64,000 nt of DNA from Chiloscyllium plagiosum (GCF_004010195.1 NC_057754.1:9237215-9301214), one strand, 5' to 3'; counted from the first letter of the stretch, positions 12,890-26,379 are shown. The notes: generated by a model from the sequence alone, not told the origin. A program made the numbers and translations.

Positions 12890-13360
12890 TGGATTTCAAC
12901 CCCACTCCAAATTCTCCCCTCTGCTGTGGAACTGTTTTAAAACAAAAGGGATTGAAAGAAGCCTATGAAAACAAAGCCAGGTTATGAAGTTGAACTGACT
13001 GAGCCCAGTCATTTATGGAACTGGCATAAGGAAAAACTAACATGAAAGCTGCTGAATTGTTGTACTTGGTCAATTGATTTCCTACAGGGTTACCCAATAT
13101 GAATCTAAACAAGACGCTGTGTGGGAGGAGAGAGGTCAGGGGAAAAGGAGTGGGATTTTAGATATCTATAACTTGACCAAAACGTTTGTAGAATCTTTCA
13201 AAGTAACAAAGTTCACCACTGAGAAGGACCAGGTCAGAAATCACACAGCACCAGGTTATAGTTCAACGGATTTATTTCAAATCACAAGCTTTTGGAGCAC
13301 TGTTCTAACATGGCTTCACCTGACAAAGGAGCATGCTCTGAAAGTTTGTGATTTCAAATA

Positions 13361-14308
13361 CAGAACAACCTTAGTTTTCTGAACAAGATCTCAAGGTCCC
13401 ATAAAAACATTACATCAAAGAGGTGTTACCGACAATGGTGCGACGATTGTGTCTTTTGTTTACAATGATTAAAAATGGATTTGGATTACCTGTACTGAAG
13501 AACATGTGAAAACGCTGCAAAAATAAAGAAACACAAGCAACTCAAGCAAAAGCGACTGGATATCTTTTACAGAAGGGTTAGTTATGTAGCCCTTTACAAA
13601 AGTAAGTGCTTTATTCCAGTCACTTTAGCAAGCTGTTCATGAAAAAAAATGGCAGAGAAAGTAAACACATGAATGAGGTGGTGCTTCTGTCTTTCTTCCA
13701 GACACTGAGTTCAGAGGAAACTGACAAATGCTCTTGTGATTTTAGAAGCTGTTGAGGACCTTGTTTAATACTGGGATTTTCATACTTCTGTGATGGTGAG
13801 GGTTTCCTCCTTCTCGGTTTAACTGGACTTGTGCAATTTGCTCCTCGCAGCCTGAAATGTTGCTTTAGGGTATTATTTCCTGCTGCTAAAATACCAAGAT
13901 ACTTCTGAACAAAACACATAAAAATCTACAATTTGCAGAACGCGAAGATTAGTTTGTTTAAATAGCAGACTCGTAAAATTATAGATTTAAACAAACTCTG
14001 GTACAGCACAGCGTTAGATCCTCAAGTCTCCTCCGGACATATGTAGAGCGCTGAAGGAATATTTGAAGATTTGGCCCCCACCTCAATGAATTTTATTTAC
14101 ACAAGAAGTGATTTTATTTGTAACATGTCATGAATGTTTAAGCAATATCCAGTGTTTGTACACATTTTATTGAGTGAATGAAATAAAAACTGTAAACATG
14201 CTTTTTTAACGTTTTATGTTCAGTATGGCTTCCTTTGTTTACGATCAGATCAGTTATCCGAACAAAATATTCCCCGTCCGTCTCGTTCGGATAATCAAGG
14301 TTGTTCTG
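13361..14308. mobile_element. Non-autonomous Tc1/mariner (pogo/Tigger-like) DNA transposon
   Basis: Imperfect 24-bp TIRs CAGAACAACCTTagttttctGAAC and GTTCggataatcAAGGTTGTTCTG. TA on both sides (13359-60, 14309-10). The flanks rejoin into the Penelope-type repeat 'gtgatttcaaaTAaacctgtt'. Confidence 0.8.
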
Positions 14309-14559
14309 TAAACCTGTTCCTACTAAAACCTGGTGTCATGTGACTTCTGACTTTGTCCACCCCAGTCCAACACTGCCACCTCCACATCATAGAAGTACCA
14401 GGGTAACAGGTGGATGTGAACATCATCACCTCCAGGTTCCCCTCCAAGTCTAACACTAGCCTGACTTGTTTGACATCCAATGCTGCGTGAGCAGAAATTT
14501 TCTCCATTTAAATATTGGAAAGATCAACTCCATTGCCTTGCCACTGGCTCCATTGCCCT

Positions 14560-16090
14560 TCCTACAGCATGGAGACAGGCCCTTTGGCCCAAACCTGGCC
14601 TATACCCTTCTAATCCTTTCCTAACCATGTCTTTGTCCCAATGCCTTTTAAATGTTGTTAATGTACCCGCCTCAACCACTTCTGCTGCCAGCTCATTCCA
14701 CATGCGTACAACCATCTGTGTAAAAAAAGATGCCCCTCAAGTTCCTTTTTACTGGTTGCCCTCTAACCTGAAACCGATGCCGCACATGATGTTATACACC
14801 TCTGTAAGGTTCCCCCTTCGGTCTCCTACACTCTAAAGAAGAAAATCCCAGCTTGTCCAATCTCTCCCTACAACTCAGACTATTGAGTCCAGGCAACATC
14901 CTTGTAAATTTCTTCTTCACTGTTTCACAAGGTGACCAAAACTGAACACAATACTCCAAGTGTGGCCTCACCAATGTCCTGTACAACTGCAATATAACTT
15001 CCCAACTTCTATACTCATGTCTGATGAAGGCCAGTATGCCAAAAGCTTCTTCACCGCCCTGTCTACCTGGGACTCCATTTTCAGAAAACCGTGCACCTGA
15101 ACTCCAAGACCCCTCGATCCCACGACACTCCTTAAGGCTCTACCAATCACCATGAAACTCCTGCTTTGATATGACTTTCCAAAATGGAAGGCCTAACATT
15201 TATCTATATTAAATTCCTTTGCCATTTCTCAGCCCACTTCCCCAATTGATCAATTAATAGAGTCATTGAGTCATACAGAATGGAAACAGACCCTTCAGTC
15301 TAACCAGTCCATGCTGACCATAATCCTAAACCAAACTAGTCCCTGCTGCCTGCACTTGGCCCATATCCCTCCAAACATTTCTTAGTCATGTATTTACCTA
15401 AATCACTTTTAAACATTGTAAATTTATTCACATGCACTACTTCTAGAGATTCATTTCACACATGAACCACTCTGTGTAAATCTTTCTCCTCTCACCTGAA
15501 AAATATGCCTGAGTCTTGAAACCCTCCTTCCTAAGTAGAAGACACCTCCATTCACCTTATAAAAGTTTATAAGATCATGAGGGGAATAGAAAAGATCACC
15601 TCTCAACCTCCTGTGCCTATCCAGTCTCTCCTTATAACTCAAACCTTTCATTTCCAGCAAGATCCTGGTAAATCTCTTCTGATTTAATTACATCCTTCCT
15701 ATAACAGGACAACCAGAACTGGCCACAATATCCAGAAGAGGCATTACCAAGGTCCTGTACAACCTCAACATAATGTCCCAACTCCTATACTCAAACATCT
15801 GAGCAATTAAAGCCTGCTGGTAGCCTTCTTAATTACTTACAAAACTTCAAAGAATTATGTACCTGAACCCCTAAGTCTTTCTGTTCCACAACTACCCAAG
15901 GCCCTACTTTTAATTGTAAAAGTTCTGACCTTGTTTGTATTACCAAAATGCAATAGTTCATTTATCCAAATTAAACTCCATCTGCCACTCTTCAGCCCAT
16001 TGACCCAACTAATCAAGAGCTATTTGTAATCCTAGATAACCTTCTTCACTGTCCACTATACCACAATCTTGTTGTCATTTCCAAACTTAC
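14560..16090 (-). mobile_element. CR1 LINE fragments (at least two 3' ends)
   Basis: ORFs 14524-14715, 14792-14992 'LYRTLVRPHLEYCVQFWSP' and 15451-15660. Confidence 0.85.
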
Positions 16091-16094
16091 TTAG

Positions 16095-16915
16095 TCCATC
16101 TACATCAACGGTGCGGAGGTTGAGAGCATCATGTTCTGAGAAGTGACGATAATCCCCACATAGATGTGATGGTCAAGAAGGTACAACGACACCCCTTCTT
16201 CCTACGGCAGGTTAAGAAATTCAGCACATCCAAAAGGACCCTCACCAACTTTTACAGATGCACCATAGAAAGAATACAAAGCGAGTGCATAATGGCCTGG
16301 TATGGCAGCTGCTCCACCTAGGACCAGAAGAAATTACAGAAGGCTGTGTGCACAGCCCAGACCATCACGGAAGCCAACCTTCCATCTATGGACTCCATTT
16401 ACACTTCCTGATGCCCCAGAAAGGCTATCAACATCATCAAAGATCCCTCCCACCCCATTAATGCTCTCCTCCAACCTCATCCGTCAGGCAGCAGATACAG
16501 AAGCTTGAACACATGCACCAACAGACTAAAGAACTGCTTTTTCCCTCCTGTTATTACACTGATAAATGGACTCGAGGAATCGAGGGCTTATGCCCGAAAC
16601 ATCGACTCTCCTGGCTCCTTGGATGCTGCCTGATCTGCTGTGCTTTTCCAGCATCACACTTTTCGACTCTAATCTCCAGCATCTGCAGTCCTCGCTTTCT
16701 CCTGATAAATAAACTCTCTAACTTCCAATAATGTTGATCTTGATAATACTGATCTTGCTTCACACACCCTTTGTGCAGTGTAACCTGTATTCCTCACTCT
16801 GTCCAAGCACCCTATGATCTGTATGTCTTTGCCTACTATGATCTCCTGTACTGTTCACAAACAAAGCTTTTCACTGTACTTAGGTACATATGACAATGAA
16901 TAAAATCAAATCAAT
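16095..16915 (+). mobile_element. Rex1/Babar LINE 3' fragment, interrupted by a Penelope pLTR insert at about 16574-16701
   Basis: 'ctcaccaacttttacagatgcaccatagaaag...atggcctggtatggcagctgc' = LTNFYRCTIE...AWYGSC, the Rex1/Babar RT C-terminus; tail 'aataaaatcaaatcaatc'. Confidence 0.75.
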
Positions 16916-17249
16916 CCATTCTATATTTTCATCGAAATAGTTATATAAATGACAAGTAAAAGTGGATCCAGCACCAATCATTGTGGACCACTGCTGGTCA
17001 TAGGCCTCCAGTCAAAAAACAACCCTCTGCCATCACCCTCTGTATCCTGTTGTTAAACAAATTTTGTATCCAATTGGCAAGCTCACCCTGAATCCAGTGA
17101 CCTAACTTTACAAATTACTCAACCATGCAGGGCCTTGTCAAAGTCCAAGTAAACAATGTCTGTTGCTCTGCCCTCTTCAATCTTCGGGGTTACTTCATCA
17201 AAAAAACTCAGTTAAGTTTGTGAGACACTGTCTTCCTCACACAAAGCAG

Positions 17250-18580
17250 AAAAGGGAAATCCCTGGGAATTACAGGCCAGTCAGTCTTACGTCAGTGGTA
17301 AGCAAGGTACTAGAAAGGATTCTGAGAGATAGGATTTATGACTATTTGGGAAAACATAGTTTGATTAAAGATAGTCAGCACGGCTATGTGAGGGGCAGGT
17401 CATGCCTCACAAACCTTAATGAGTTATTTGAGGACGGGACAAGTTGATGAAAGTTGAGCAGTGGATGTGGTTTACATAGATTTCAATAATGCATTTGATA
17501 AAGTCCCCCATGGTAGGCTCATTCAAAAAGTTAGAAAGTACAGGATACAGGGGGATTTGGCTGTCTGGATACAGAATTAACTGGCCGAAAGACGACAGCC
17601 AGTGGTAATGGATGGAAAGTAATCCGCCTGGAGATAGGTGACCAGTAGAGTCCGCAGGAACCTGTTCTTGGGCCTGTGCTCTTTATAATTTTTACAAATG
17701 ACTTGGATGAGAAAGTGGAAGGGTGGGTTAGTAAGTTTGCCGATGACACAAAGATCGGCGGTGTTGTAGATAGTGTCAAGGGCTGTTGCAGGCTACAACA
17801 TGACTGACAGGATGCAGAGCTGGCTGAGAAGTGACAGATAGAGTTCAACCTGGATAAATGAGAAGTGATTCATTTTGGAAGGCCAAATTTGAATGCTGAA
17901 TACAGACTTAAATACAGGATTCTTGGCAGTGTGGAGGAACAGCGGGATCTTGAGGTTCATGTATATAGATCCCTCAAAGTTGCCACCCAAGTTGATAGGG
18001 TTGTTAAGAAGGCGTATGGTGTTTTGGCTTTCACTAACAGGGGGATTGAATTTAAGAGACACGAGGTTTTGCTGCAGCTCTTTAAAACCCTGGTTAGACC
18101 ACACGTGGAATATTGTGTCCATTTCTGGTCCCCTCATTATAGGAAGGATGTAGATACTTTAGAGGAGATTTACCAGGATTGGAGGGCTTGTCTTATGAAG
18201 AGAGGTTGAGTGAGCTTAGGCTTTTCACACTGGAAAGAAGAAGGAAGAGAGGTGACTTGATGGAGGTATACAAGATAGCATAGATAGCCAGAGACTTTTC
18301 CCCAGAGCAGAAATGGCTGTCTCGAGGGGTCATAATTTTAAGGTGATTGTAGGAAGGTATAGGGGAGATGTCAGAGGTAGGTTCTTTACGGCGAGAGTGG
18401 TGGGTGCGTGGAATGCACTGCCAGCGATGGTAGTAGAGTCAGAGACATTAGAGACATTTAAGCAACACGTGGACGGCAGTAAATTGAGGGGTGCATAGGT
18501 TAGGTTGATCTTAGATTAAGATAAATGTTCAGTGCAACATCGTGGGCTGAAGGGCCTGTACTCTGCTGTATTGTTCTATG
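17250..18580 (+). mobile_element. CR1 LINE, 1.3 kb RT-containing fragment nested in an antisense CR1 (16915-17245 and 18585-18990)
   Basis: 'PGNYRPVSLTSVVSKVLERIL...SQHGYVRGRSCLTNL', 'KFADDTK' at about 17733, and 'LVRPHVEYCVHFWSP', with stops and frameshifts. Confidence 0.92.
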
Positions 18581-19189
18581 TTTGAAAGCCATGCTGACTA
18601 TCTCTAATCATTCCTTGCCTTCCAAACGCATATAAATCCCATCTTTCAGAATCATTTCTAACAACCTATCGACTACCGAAGTCAGACTCACAGGTCTGTA
18701 GTTCCCAGGCTTCTCCTTGTATCTCTTCTTAAACTAAAGCATATTTGCCACTCTCCAGTCATCCAGCACCTCACCTGTAGTTATAGATGAGACAAATATT
18801 TCTGCAAGGGGCCCTGCAGTTTCCTCGCCAACTTCCCACAAAGTCTTGAGTTACACTAGATCAGGTCCCAGAGATTTATCCACCTTAAATTTTCTGAGAC
18901 CTTCAGCACTTCCTCTCCTGTTCTGTGAACTGCTTTTAAAATATCAGTATTTATTTCCCTGAGGTCTCTAGCCTCCATTTCTTTCTCCATAGTAATGTTA
19001 AAGCCTTGGGAAGTGTTGTCGAATAGAAGGACCTTGAGGTGCAAGTACATAGTTACTTGAAAATGGACTCACAGGTAGACAGGATGCCCTCATCGGTCAG
19101 AGAGCACTGACTCCAAGAGTTGGGATGTCGTGTTACTGCTGTGCAAGATATTGGTAAGGCCACTGGGCACAATTCTGGACATCCTGCTT

Positions 19190-20315
19190 TGGGGGCAGCA
19201 TGATGGCTCAGTGGTGAGCACTGTTGCCTCACAGCCCCAGGGACCAAAGTTCGATTCCAGCCTCGGGCAACTGTCTGTGTGGAGTTTGCACATTCTCCCT
19301 GTGTCTGCGTGGGTTTCTTCACACAGTCCAAAGATGTGCAGGTTAGGTGAACTGGCCATGCTAAATTGCCCGTAATGTTAGCTGTATTAGTCAGGAGAAA
19401 GTGAAGACTGCAGATGCTGGAGATCAGAGCTGAAAATGTGTTGCTGGAAAAGCGCAGGTCAGGCAACATCCAAGGAGCAGGAGAATCAACGTTTCAGGCA
19501 TGAGCCCTTCTTCAGAAATGAGGAAAGTGTGCCAAGCAGGCTAAGATAAAAGGTAGGGAGGAGGGACTTGGGGGAGGGACGTTGGAAATGCGATAGGTGG
19601 AAGGAGGTTAAGGTGAGGGTGATAGGCCGGGGTGGGGGCGGAGAGGTCAGGAAGAAGATTGCAGGTTAGGAGGNNNNNNNNNNNNNNNNNNNNNNNNNNN
19701 NNNNNNNNNNNNNNNNNNNNNNNNNNNNNNNNNNNNNNNNNNNNNNNNNNNNNNNNNNNNNNNNNNNNNNNNNNNNNNNNNNNNNNNNNNNNNNNNNNNN
19801 NNNNNNNNNNNNNNNNNNNNNNNNNNNNNNNNNNNNNNNNNNNNNNNNNNNNNNNNNNNNNNNNNNNNNNNNNNNNNNNNNNNNNNNNNNNNNNNNNNNN
19901 NNNNNNNNNNNNNNNNNNNNNNNNNNNNNNNNNNNNNNNNNNNNNNNNNNNNNNNNNNNNNNNNNNNNNNNNNNNNNNNNNNNNNNNATCCCTGGTGGTG
20001 GGGTCCGTTTGGAGGTGGCGGAAATGATGACGGATGATACGATGTATATGGAGGTTGGTGGGGTGGTAGGTGAGGACCAGTGGGGTTCTGTCTTGGTGGT
20101 GATTGGAGGGGCAGGGCTCAAGGGTGGAGGAGCGGGAAGTGGAGGAGATGCAGTGGAGAGCATCGTCGACCACGTCTGGGGGGAAAATTAGTCGCGGTAA
20201 ATGTAGGGTAGGGTTGGGTAGGGTAGGGGAATGGGGCTGCGTGGGTTACTCTCCAGAGAGTCGGTGTGGACTTGTTGGGCCAAATGACCTGTTTCCACAC
20301 TGTAGGTAATCTAAT
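19190..20315 (+). mobile_element. HE1-like SINE split by a minus-strand Penelope insertion (about 19393-20185, contains a gap)
   Basis: SINE 5' half 19190-19392 and 3' half 20186-20315, with 'attagtc' on both sides. The insert has a pLTR and RT-thumb text 'DRTPLVLTYHPTNLHIHRIIRHHFRHLQTDP'. Confidence 0.8.
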
Positions 20316-20319
20316 CCAT

Positions 20320-20745
20320 AGGAAGGATGTTACTAAAGATTTACAAGCATGTTACCGAGACTGGGGGGTTTGAGGAGAGGCTGGGACTTTTTTCCTTGGA
20401 GCATAGGAGGCTGAGGGGATTATCTTGCGAAAGCATTGATAAGGTGAATAGCCAAGGTCTTTTCCCCAGTGTAGGGGAGTCAAAAACTACAGGGCATAAA
20501 GTGAGAGGGGAAAGAATTACAAGAAATGGAGAGGCAACTTTTTAACACTGAGGGTGGTGAGTGAATGGAATGAGCTGCCGGAGGAACTGGTAGAGGCTGG
20601 TACAATTCCCCATTTAAAAGACATTTGGACAGGTGCAGGGACAGGAAGGGTTTCTACGGATTTGGGCCAAATGCAGGCAAGTGGGACTAGATGAGTTTAG
20701 AACACCAGGTAGGCCTGCGCGTGTTTCCATGTGGTATGACTCTGA
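20320..20745 (+). mobile_element. CR1 LINE 3' fragment
   Basis: 'EERLGLFSLEHRRLRG' and the CR1 3'UTR. Confidence 0.8.
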
Positions 20746-20984
20746 GATAGATTATAGAATACAGGCCTCAATGCTGTATTTTATCCCACTCTAAGATCAA
20801 ACTAACCTACATATCCTTCATTTGTTGATCTATAGCGAATCAGTAGTTACAGGGAAAGTGGACGTGAAGAATGTCGGACCAGCAGTACTCCTACTGAATG
20901 CTGGAGGAGGCTCGAATAGCTAAGTGGCCTACTCCTTTTTCCTATGGTATTATCCCAGCTCCATTTTAAACCGCTCTCAGGAAG

Positions 20985-21370
20985 CTTCTGCAGATGACAC
21001 TGAGATGGCTGCTGCGCATGCTCCTTTCGGCGATTCTCCCCCAACAAACATGGTGGCCTTACACGCGCGACGTTGCGCGTTGCCCCGCTAAAGATGGCGA
21101 CCGTTGACAAGGGCCTAGCACATACAGCTATCGCAACAACCCCCCCCCAGTTCTCAGTGCAAGTAGGGGACCCGTAGCGCCTTTTTGAAGTTTAAAGCTT
21201 ATATAATATTTCATCGAAAGCTCTCGGTCGACGCGCCAAGTAGAATACTTTTTCCCCTCCCACAGATTCTCACCGTTTATGAGTCCGTGAAAAAAACCTC
21301 CCCCGTCGCCATTACTCGCTAGGCGCATGCTCACTGTAGTATACGGAACTGCGCCTGTGCACTGCTCTCC
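20985..21370. promoter_or_regulatory. CpG-island promoter, probably for ZNF-A (minus strand)
   Basis: CpG-dense. NRF1-like GCGCATGC at about 21015 and 21323; YY1-like AAGATGGCG at 21091 (plus) and AATGGCG near 21307 (minus); candidate minus-strand donor 'aaacg|gtgaga' at 21274. Confidence 0.7.
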
Positions 21371-21699
21371 CATTGTGGACACTCACCTCGGAGAATGCTG
21401 GGTAAACTCTCCACTGTTGAACATTGCAGTGAGGCAATTGTGCCTTGTTGCTGAATGTCATCAACTTGTGGAAGGGAAACTTGATTTGGAAAGTCTAATA
21501 ATAAATCCTGAAACTATAGTGCAAGCATACTCCCATCAGCCGCCAGAAAGAAGGCAATTGGTGATGAAGCAGGAGTTAAAACAGCTGGTTGGTGTTCTTG
21601 CACAGATCCCTTAAAGCGAATCGCCAGTATGAATATATGGAGTGGACGAACGCACAAGTTGGAGACAGGAGTTGCTCACTCAATCCACCATCCAATAAG

Positions 21700-22180
21700 T
21701 TACAGAGTCATAAAATAGACACTTCGGTCCAACTCGTCCGTATCAACCAACTTTCCCAAACCAAACAGGTCCCTCTTGCCTGCATTCAGCCCATATCCCA
21801 TTAAACATTTCCTATTCAGGTACCCATCCTTTTAAATGTCTTTAAATGTGACAACTGTACCTGCATCAACCACATCCTCTGGCAGTTCATTCCACATATG
21901 AACCACCCTCTGTGTGAAAACATTGCTCCTCAGGTCCCTTTTAAATCTGTCTCCTCTCACCTTAAAACTATGCCCCCTAGTTTTCAACTCCCCCACTTTT
22001 GGGAAAAGACTTTTGCAATTCACTTTATCCATGCCCCTCATGATTTATAAACTTCTCTAAGGTCACCCCTCAATCCCCATCTATCCATATAACTCAAACC
22101 TTTGAGTCGCAGCAGCATCCTGGTAAATCTTTTCTGAAACTTCTCCAATTTAATAATATTTTTCCTACTGCAAGGTGACT
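21700..22180 (-). mobile_element. CR1 LINE 3' fragment
   Basis: ORF 21832-22041 'TRGHSFKVRGDRFKRDLRSNVFTQRVVHMWNELPE'. Confidence 0.88.
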
Positions 22181-23851
22181 AAGTTCATGGCTAATATCAT
22201 CAGTGTGAGCTTGCGGTGCAATTGCAGCATATCTGACTCTGCATCAGTAGGCTGTGTGTTCAAATCATGTTAGGGTCACATGTTTGAATGTAACTGGGTT
22301 TTGTATCAACTTAGAGCTTGTTGTCCACTGATTTCCAATTATCCAAATCCTTTCAGATACGGTGTAGCAGCACCAGTGATGCAAGTTCAACTCCAGCCTT
22401 GGGCAACTGTCCGTGTGGAGTTTGCGTGTCAGTGCAGACTCAATGGGCCAAATGGCCTCCTTCTACTGTAGGGATTGTATCAACTGATGACTGAATATTC
22501 TGGTCTCTCCCAATAACTTTCTATCTCCTTCCTTACTAATCTACCACTGCTTAATAAAACATACAATGATTCTGCTTCTACTACCTCTTGAGGAAGAGAG
22601 TTCTTAATAATTGTGTCTTTCTGTGAGAAAGTATTCTTCCTTATCTCTGCCTCAATAGGAATATACTTTATTTTCCCAACAGTGATCCCAAGTTCTAGAT
22701 TTTACAAGAGGAAAATTGCAGTTTGGCTATTATCACTCTTTGTTATTCATACACTTGGGCCAAATCTTTCTGCATCTTAGAAATCTGCAATTTCTCACCA
22801 CTTAAATGATATATTTCTTTCTTTTATCCTTTCTGCCATTTTCTCATACTAAACCGCATTTACCAAATATTTGCCCCATCATTTAACCTATCTACTCTTT
22901 GTATCCTCCTGATGTCAAAAAACAATATAGCACAGGAACGATCTCTTCAGCGCTCCAATTCTGTGCTAACACATTTTGCCTTTCCATACTAAAGCTTCTC
23001 ACAACGTTGCATTCTATCTACCTTTGTGTCTGATCAAATGTCATAACCATTCTGTGAAAACCTTCATCCAAATGATTTGTATAAATTGTGAAAAAAGTTG
23101 AGTTTCATGCACTGGCGTATCACTTCATTACATTCTGCCAATCAGTAAAGCCCTCATTATGCCTACTCTCTGTTTCCTATTAATTAGCCAGTCATCTCTC
23201 CATACATGCCCACATCACCAAAACAGAACCTTTGACCTCAGAAAGAGCAGCCATGCCATTATAACAAGCAGCACCTCAACTATTTGTATCCAGTCAGATC
23301 ATAATGGAGTCATTCCTCGGTATCAAATTGCCATGTGCTCCTACAGTTCCTGATTCCCTTAGACTCCAAAAACTTTCTCTCCAGCTGAAACTTCAATATC
23401 CTCATTGACTGATTATCTACTGACTTTTGGGTAGGAGAATTCAAATGATTCACAAAACTATCCAGTGAAGAAATGTCTCCTCACCTCAGTCTTAACTGAC
23501 TGACCCATCATCTAGTGAATATGAACTCAGTTCTTGACTCTCCAGTTGGAGGAAAGTAGTTTCTTTGTGCAAATACCTGAAGTGTATTACTGCACAGATT
23601 CACACTTGAGGCAGATCACTGGATTTATTGAGTGCAGCATTTCGACGAAAATGGTGATTATCATGTTGGCCTGACATGTGCAGTTTCCAGTGTGAAATCT
23701 GAATGGATCAAAGCTTATGCAATTATTATTAATATCAAATAATAACTGAACACAGCATCATACAGCCACATGACTACTTCTCTACCTGAAGTGCTGGAAT
23801 ATAATCTGCAATATAAGAAGAGGTGAAACTTCATGGTACACAAAACAGTAA

Positions 23852-24398
23852 TATTATGGACCAGACCAGACCCCTTCAAAATATTTTAAGCAGGTAGCCT
23901 AGACCCTAACGTTTTCTTATCTTAAAGGCAGATGTGAAGTGGATGTTCCACTTGGTCAACCCACTTGGTTTTAAGCAAATTAGAATTTATTGAAACACTA
24001 CAGTTGAAACACGAACAAAAGAAAACAGAATTTAAAATAACTTAACTATTGGAAAACGTCACCACCTAATACAACAACTATTACTAATTAACTGTTGCAA
24101 TACAATAACATCCCATAAGTACCCCTTGGCAAAATGATAAATTCAAACACAGGTTCTTAGAGGCAGGAGGGAACAACATCCAAAGAGAGATTTCAGAAGA
24201 AGTCAGAGGAATTCTTTACTGAGGCTTGCAACTCCCCTGGGTTCACAAACCTTGTGACTGCTACAGCTAAAAACAAATGAGAAAAAACCTGAAGTGGGAG
24301 AACTGGCCACTGGCTTTTCAGTGTTAAACGTGACCCTCTGCCTTTACAACCTCTCTTCAAACAAACCAGGGACAAAATAACGTGATAGCATTGTCACA
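23852..24398 (-). mobile_element. Solo LTR (Gypsy-like)
   Basis: Flanked by a 4-bp TSD GTAA (23848-51, 24399-402). Ends 'tattatggacc...gtcaca' with the left TG mutated. Terminus homologous to the 28087-28738 LTR end 'gtccataaca'. Confidence 0.7.
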
Positions 24399-24449
24399 GT
24401 AAATATTGTCAAAAATTTCAATGGTCACTCAGCAGACCTATTAGCATAG

Positions 24450-25365
24450 AGTCCTAGAGTAATTTAGCATGGAAACAGTCCCTTCAGTTCAAACTGATGC
24501 CCACTCAGCTAGTTCCAATTGCCTGCATTTGGGTCCATCTCCCTCTAAACCCTTCCCGTCCATGTACCTATACAAAAGTTTTTTTAAATGTTGCTATTGC
24601 TCTGCCACAAACACGTTTTCTGGCAGCCCATTCCATATACACAGCACTTTCTATGAGAAGATGTTGCCCCTCAGGTCCTTCTTAAATCTTTTCCCCCTCA
24701 CCTTAAACCTATGCCTTCTAGTTTTCAATCCCCCATCCCTGGGAAAAAGATTATATGCATTCTTCTTATCTATGCCCCTCATGATTTTATTCACCTCAAT
24801 TCACCTTATTCTCCTATGTTCCGAGGAATGAAGTCCTATCCTGGCCAACCTCTCCCTATAACCCAGCCTACTAGTCCTGGCAACATCCTTGCCAATCTTC
24901 TTCACACTCTTTCCAGTTTAACTATGTCTTTCCAATAACAGGGTGACCAAATCTGTACATAATACGCCAAGTGCGGCCTCACCAATGACTTATACAACAA
25001 TAACATAACATTCCAACTCCTTTTCTCAGTGCCTCTACCAATGAAGGCCAGCGTGCTAAATACCTTCTTCACCACCCTGTCTACCTGTGACGCCACTTTC
25101 AAAGAACAATGTTCTTGTGCTCCTAGGTCCCTCTGTTCTACAACACTCTTCAGGATCTTACCATTTACTGTATAAGTCGTACCTTGGACTGACCTCACTT
25201 ATCTGTGTTGAATTGGATTTGCCAATCCACAGCCCACTTCCCCATCTGATCAAGATCCCTCTGAAATTTTTGATAACATTTTTTCACTATCAAGCACACC
25301 TCCTAATTTTGTATTATCCGCAAACTTTCTAATCATGTCTCGTACATTCACATCCAGATCATTTA
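24450..25365 (-). mobile_element. CR1 LINE fragment
   Basis: ORF 24902-25198 'EQRDLGAQEHCSLKVASQVDRVVKK...LYKSLVRPHLAYYVQIWSP'. Confidence 0.9.
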
Positions 25366-25419
25366 TTGGGCTTGTACACTCAGCAACTGACACCAATCTG
25401 TTTGTTGACAAAGATTAAC

Positions 25420-25730
25420 GTCACAGCACCAGGGACCCAGGTTCGATTCCAGTCTTGGGTGACTGCTTGTGTGGAGTTTGCACATTCTCCATGTGTCTGC
25501 GTGGGTTTCCTCTGGGTGCTCCGGTTTTCTCCCACAGTCCAAAGATGTGCAGGTTAGGTGAATTGGCCATGCTAAATTGCCCATAGTATTCAGGAATGTG
25601 GAGGCTAGGTGCATTAGTCATGGAAAATGTAGAATAATAGGGGAGGGGTAATGGGTCTGGGTGGGGTACTCTTCTGAGGGTCGGTGTGGACTTGTTGAGT
25701 TGAATGACCTGTTTCCACACTGTAGGGATT
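25420..25730 (+). mobile_element. HE1-like V-SINE (5' truncated)
   Basis: B-box 'ggttcgattcc', V-domain and CR1-like tail. Confidence 0.88.
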
Positions 25731-26166
25731 CTATAAACCCACCAACTCAAAGAGTGATTGATAGTAACATGCACTCTGAAAGACAAATAGAGGTGATACT
25801 GGAATTGAAACAGATGAAACTGCAAGTAGGCTGCCAAATCAATTTGTATTGATTTTCATAAGAGAGGAAAAGGAAAAAATTGCCAGGTTGGCTACAAAAC
25901 TGAAGTTCAGTGCAGGTGTGGTGAGACCCTCCTTTCTTATTCAATCTGGAAAGATAACACATGGATGGGTTATTTCTAGGTGCCAGAATGTCAAAAATCA
26001 CTTGAGAATATTTGGAAGATGAGTAGAGGAATTAACACCAGTGTCCTGCTCAATGGCTGTCCACTGTCACATCACAAAAACACATTCTCTGCTCATTCTG
26101 CCCTTGCTGTCTCTGAGAGTTTGCTTGATGGATATTCCCTGCCATATTTCTAACATTACAACAAAG

Positions 26167-26265
26167 AAAAAAAGATTCCTGAAGAAGGGCTCATGCCCGA
26201 AACGTCGATTCTCCTGCTCCTTAGATGCTGCCTGACCTGCTGCGCTTTTCCAGCAACACATTTTC
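26167..26265 (+). mobile_element. Mini Penelope pLTR insert with hammerhead core and 15-bp TSD
   Basis: TSD AACATTACAACAAAG at 26152-26166 and 26266-26280; core CTGAAGA-aGGGCtcatGCCC-GAAA-cgtc at 26179-26206. Confidence 0.8.
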
Positions 26266-26379
26266 AACATTACAACAAAGTCAACATTTCAAAAAGGATT
26301 TCAAAGCACTTTGAGATTTTCACTGGTGGTGAAAAGCATGACGTAGAGGCAAGTCTGTCTTACCACAGTCCTCTGTTTA

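Noticed and set aside
19541-20173. Long ORFs spanning N runs (also 47853-48749 and 60971-61906)
   Set aside because: Artefacts of assembly gaps. The gaps sit in young repeats, so joins across them are uncertain.
23575-23615. 'gtgtattactgc' (VYYC) resembling an immunoglobulin V-segment end
   Set aside because: No upstream V framework and no CACAGTG heptamer/nonamer signal.
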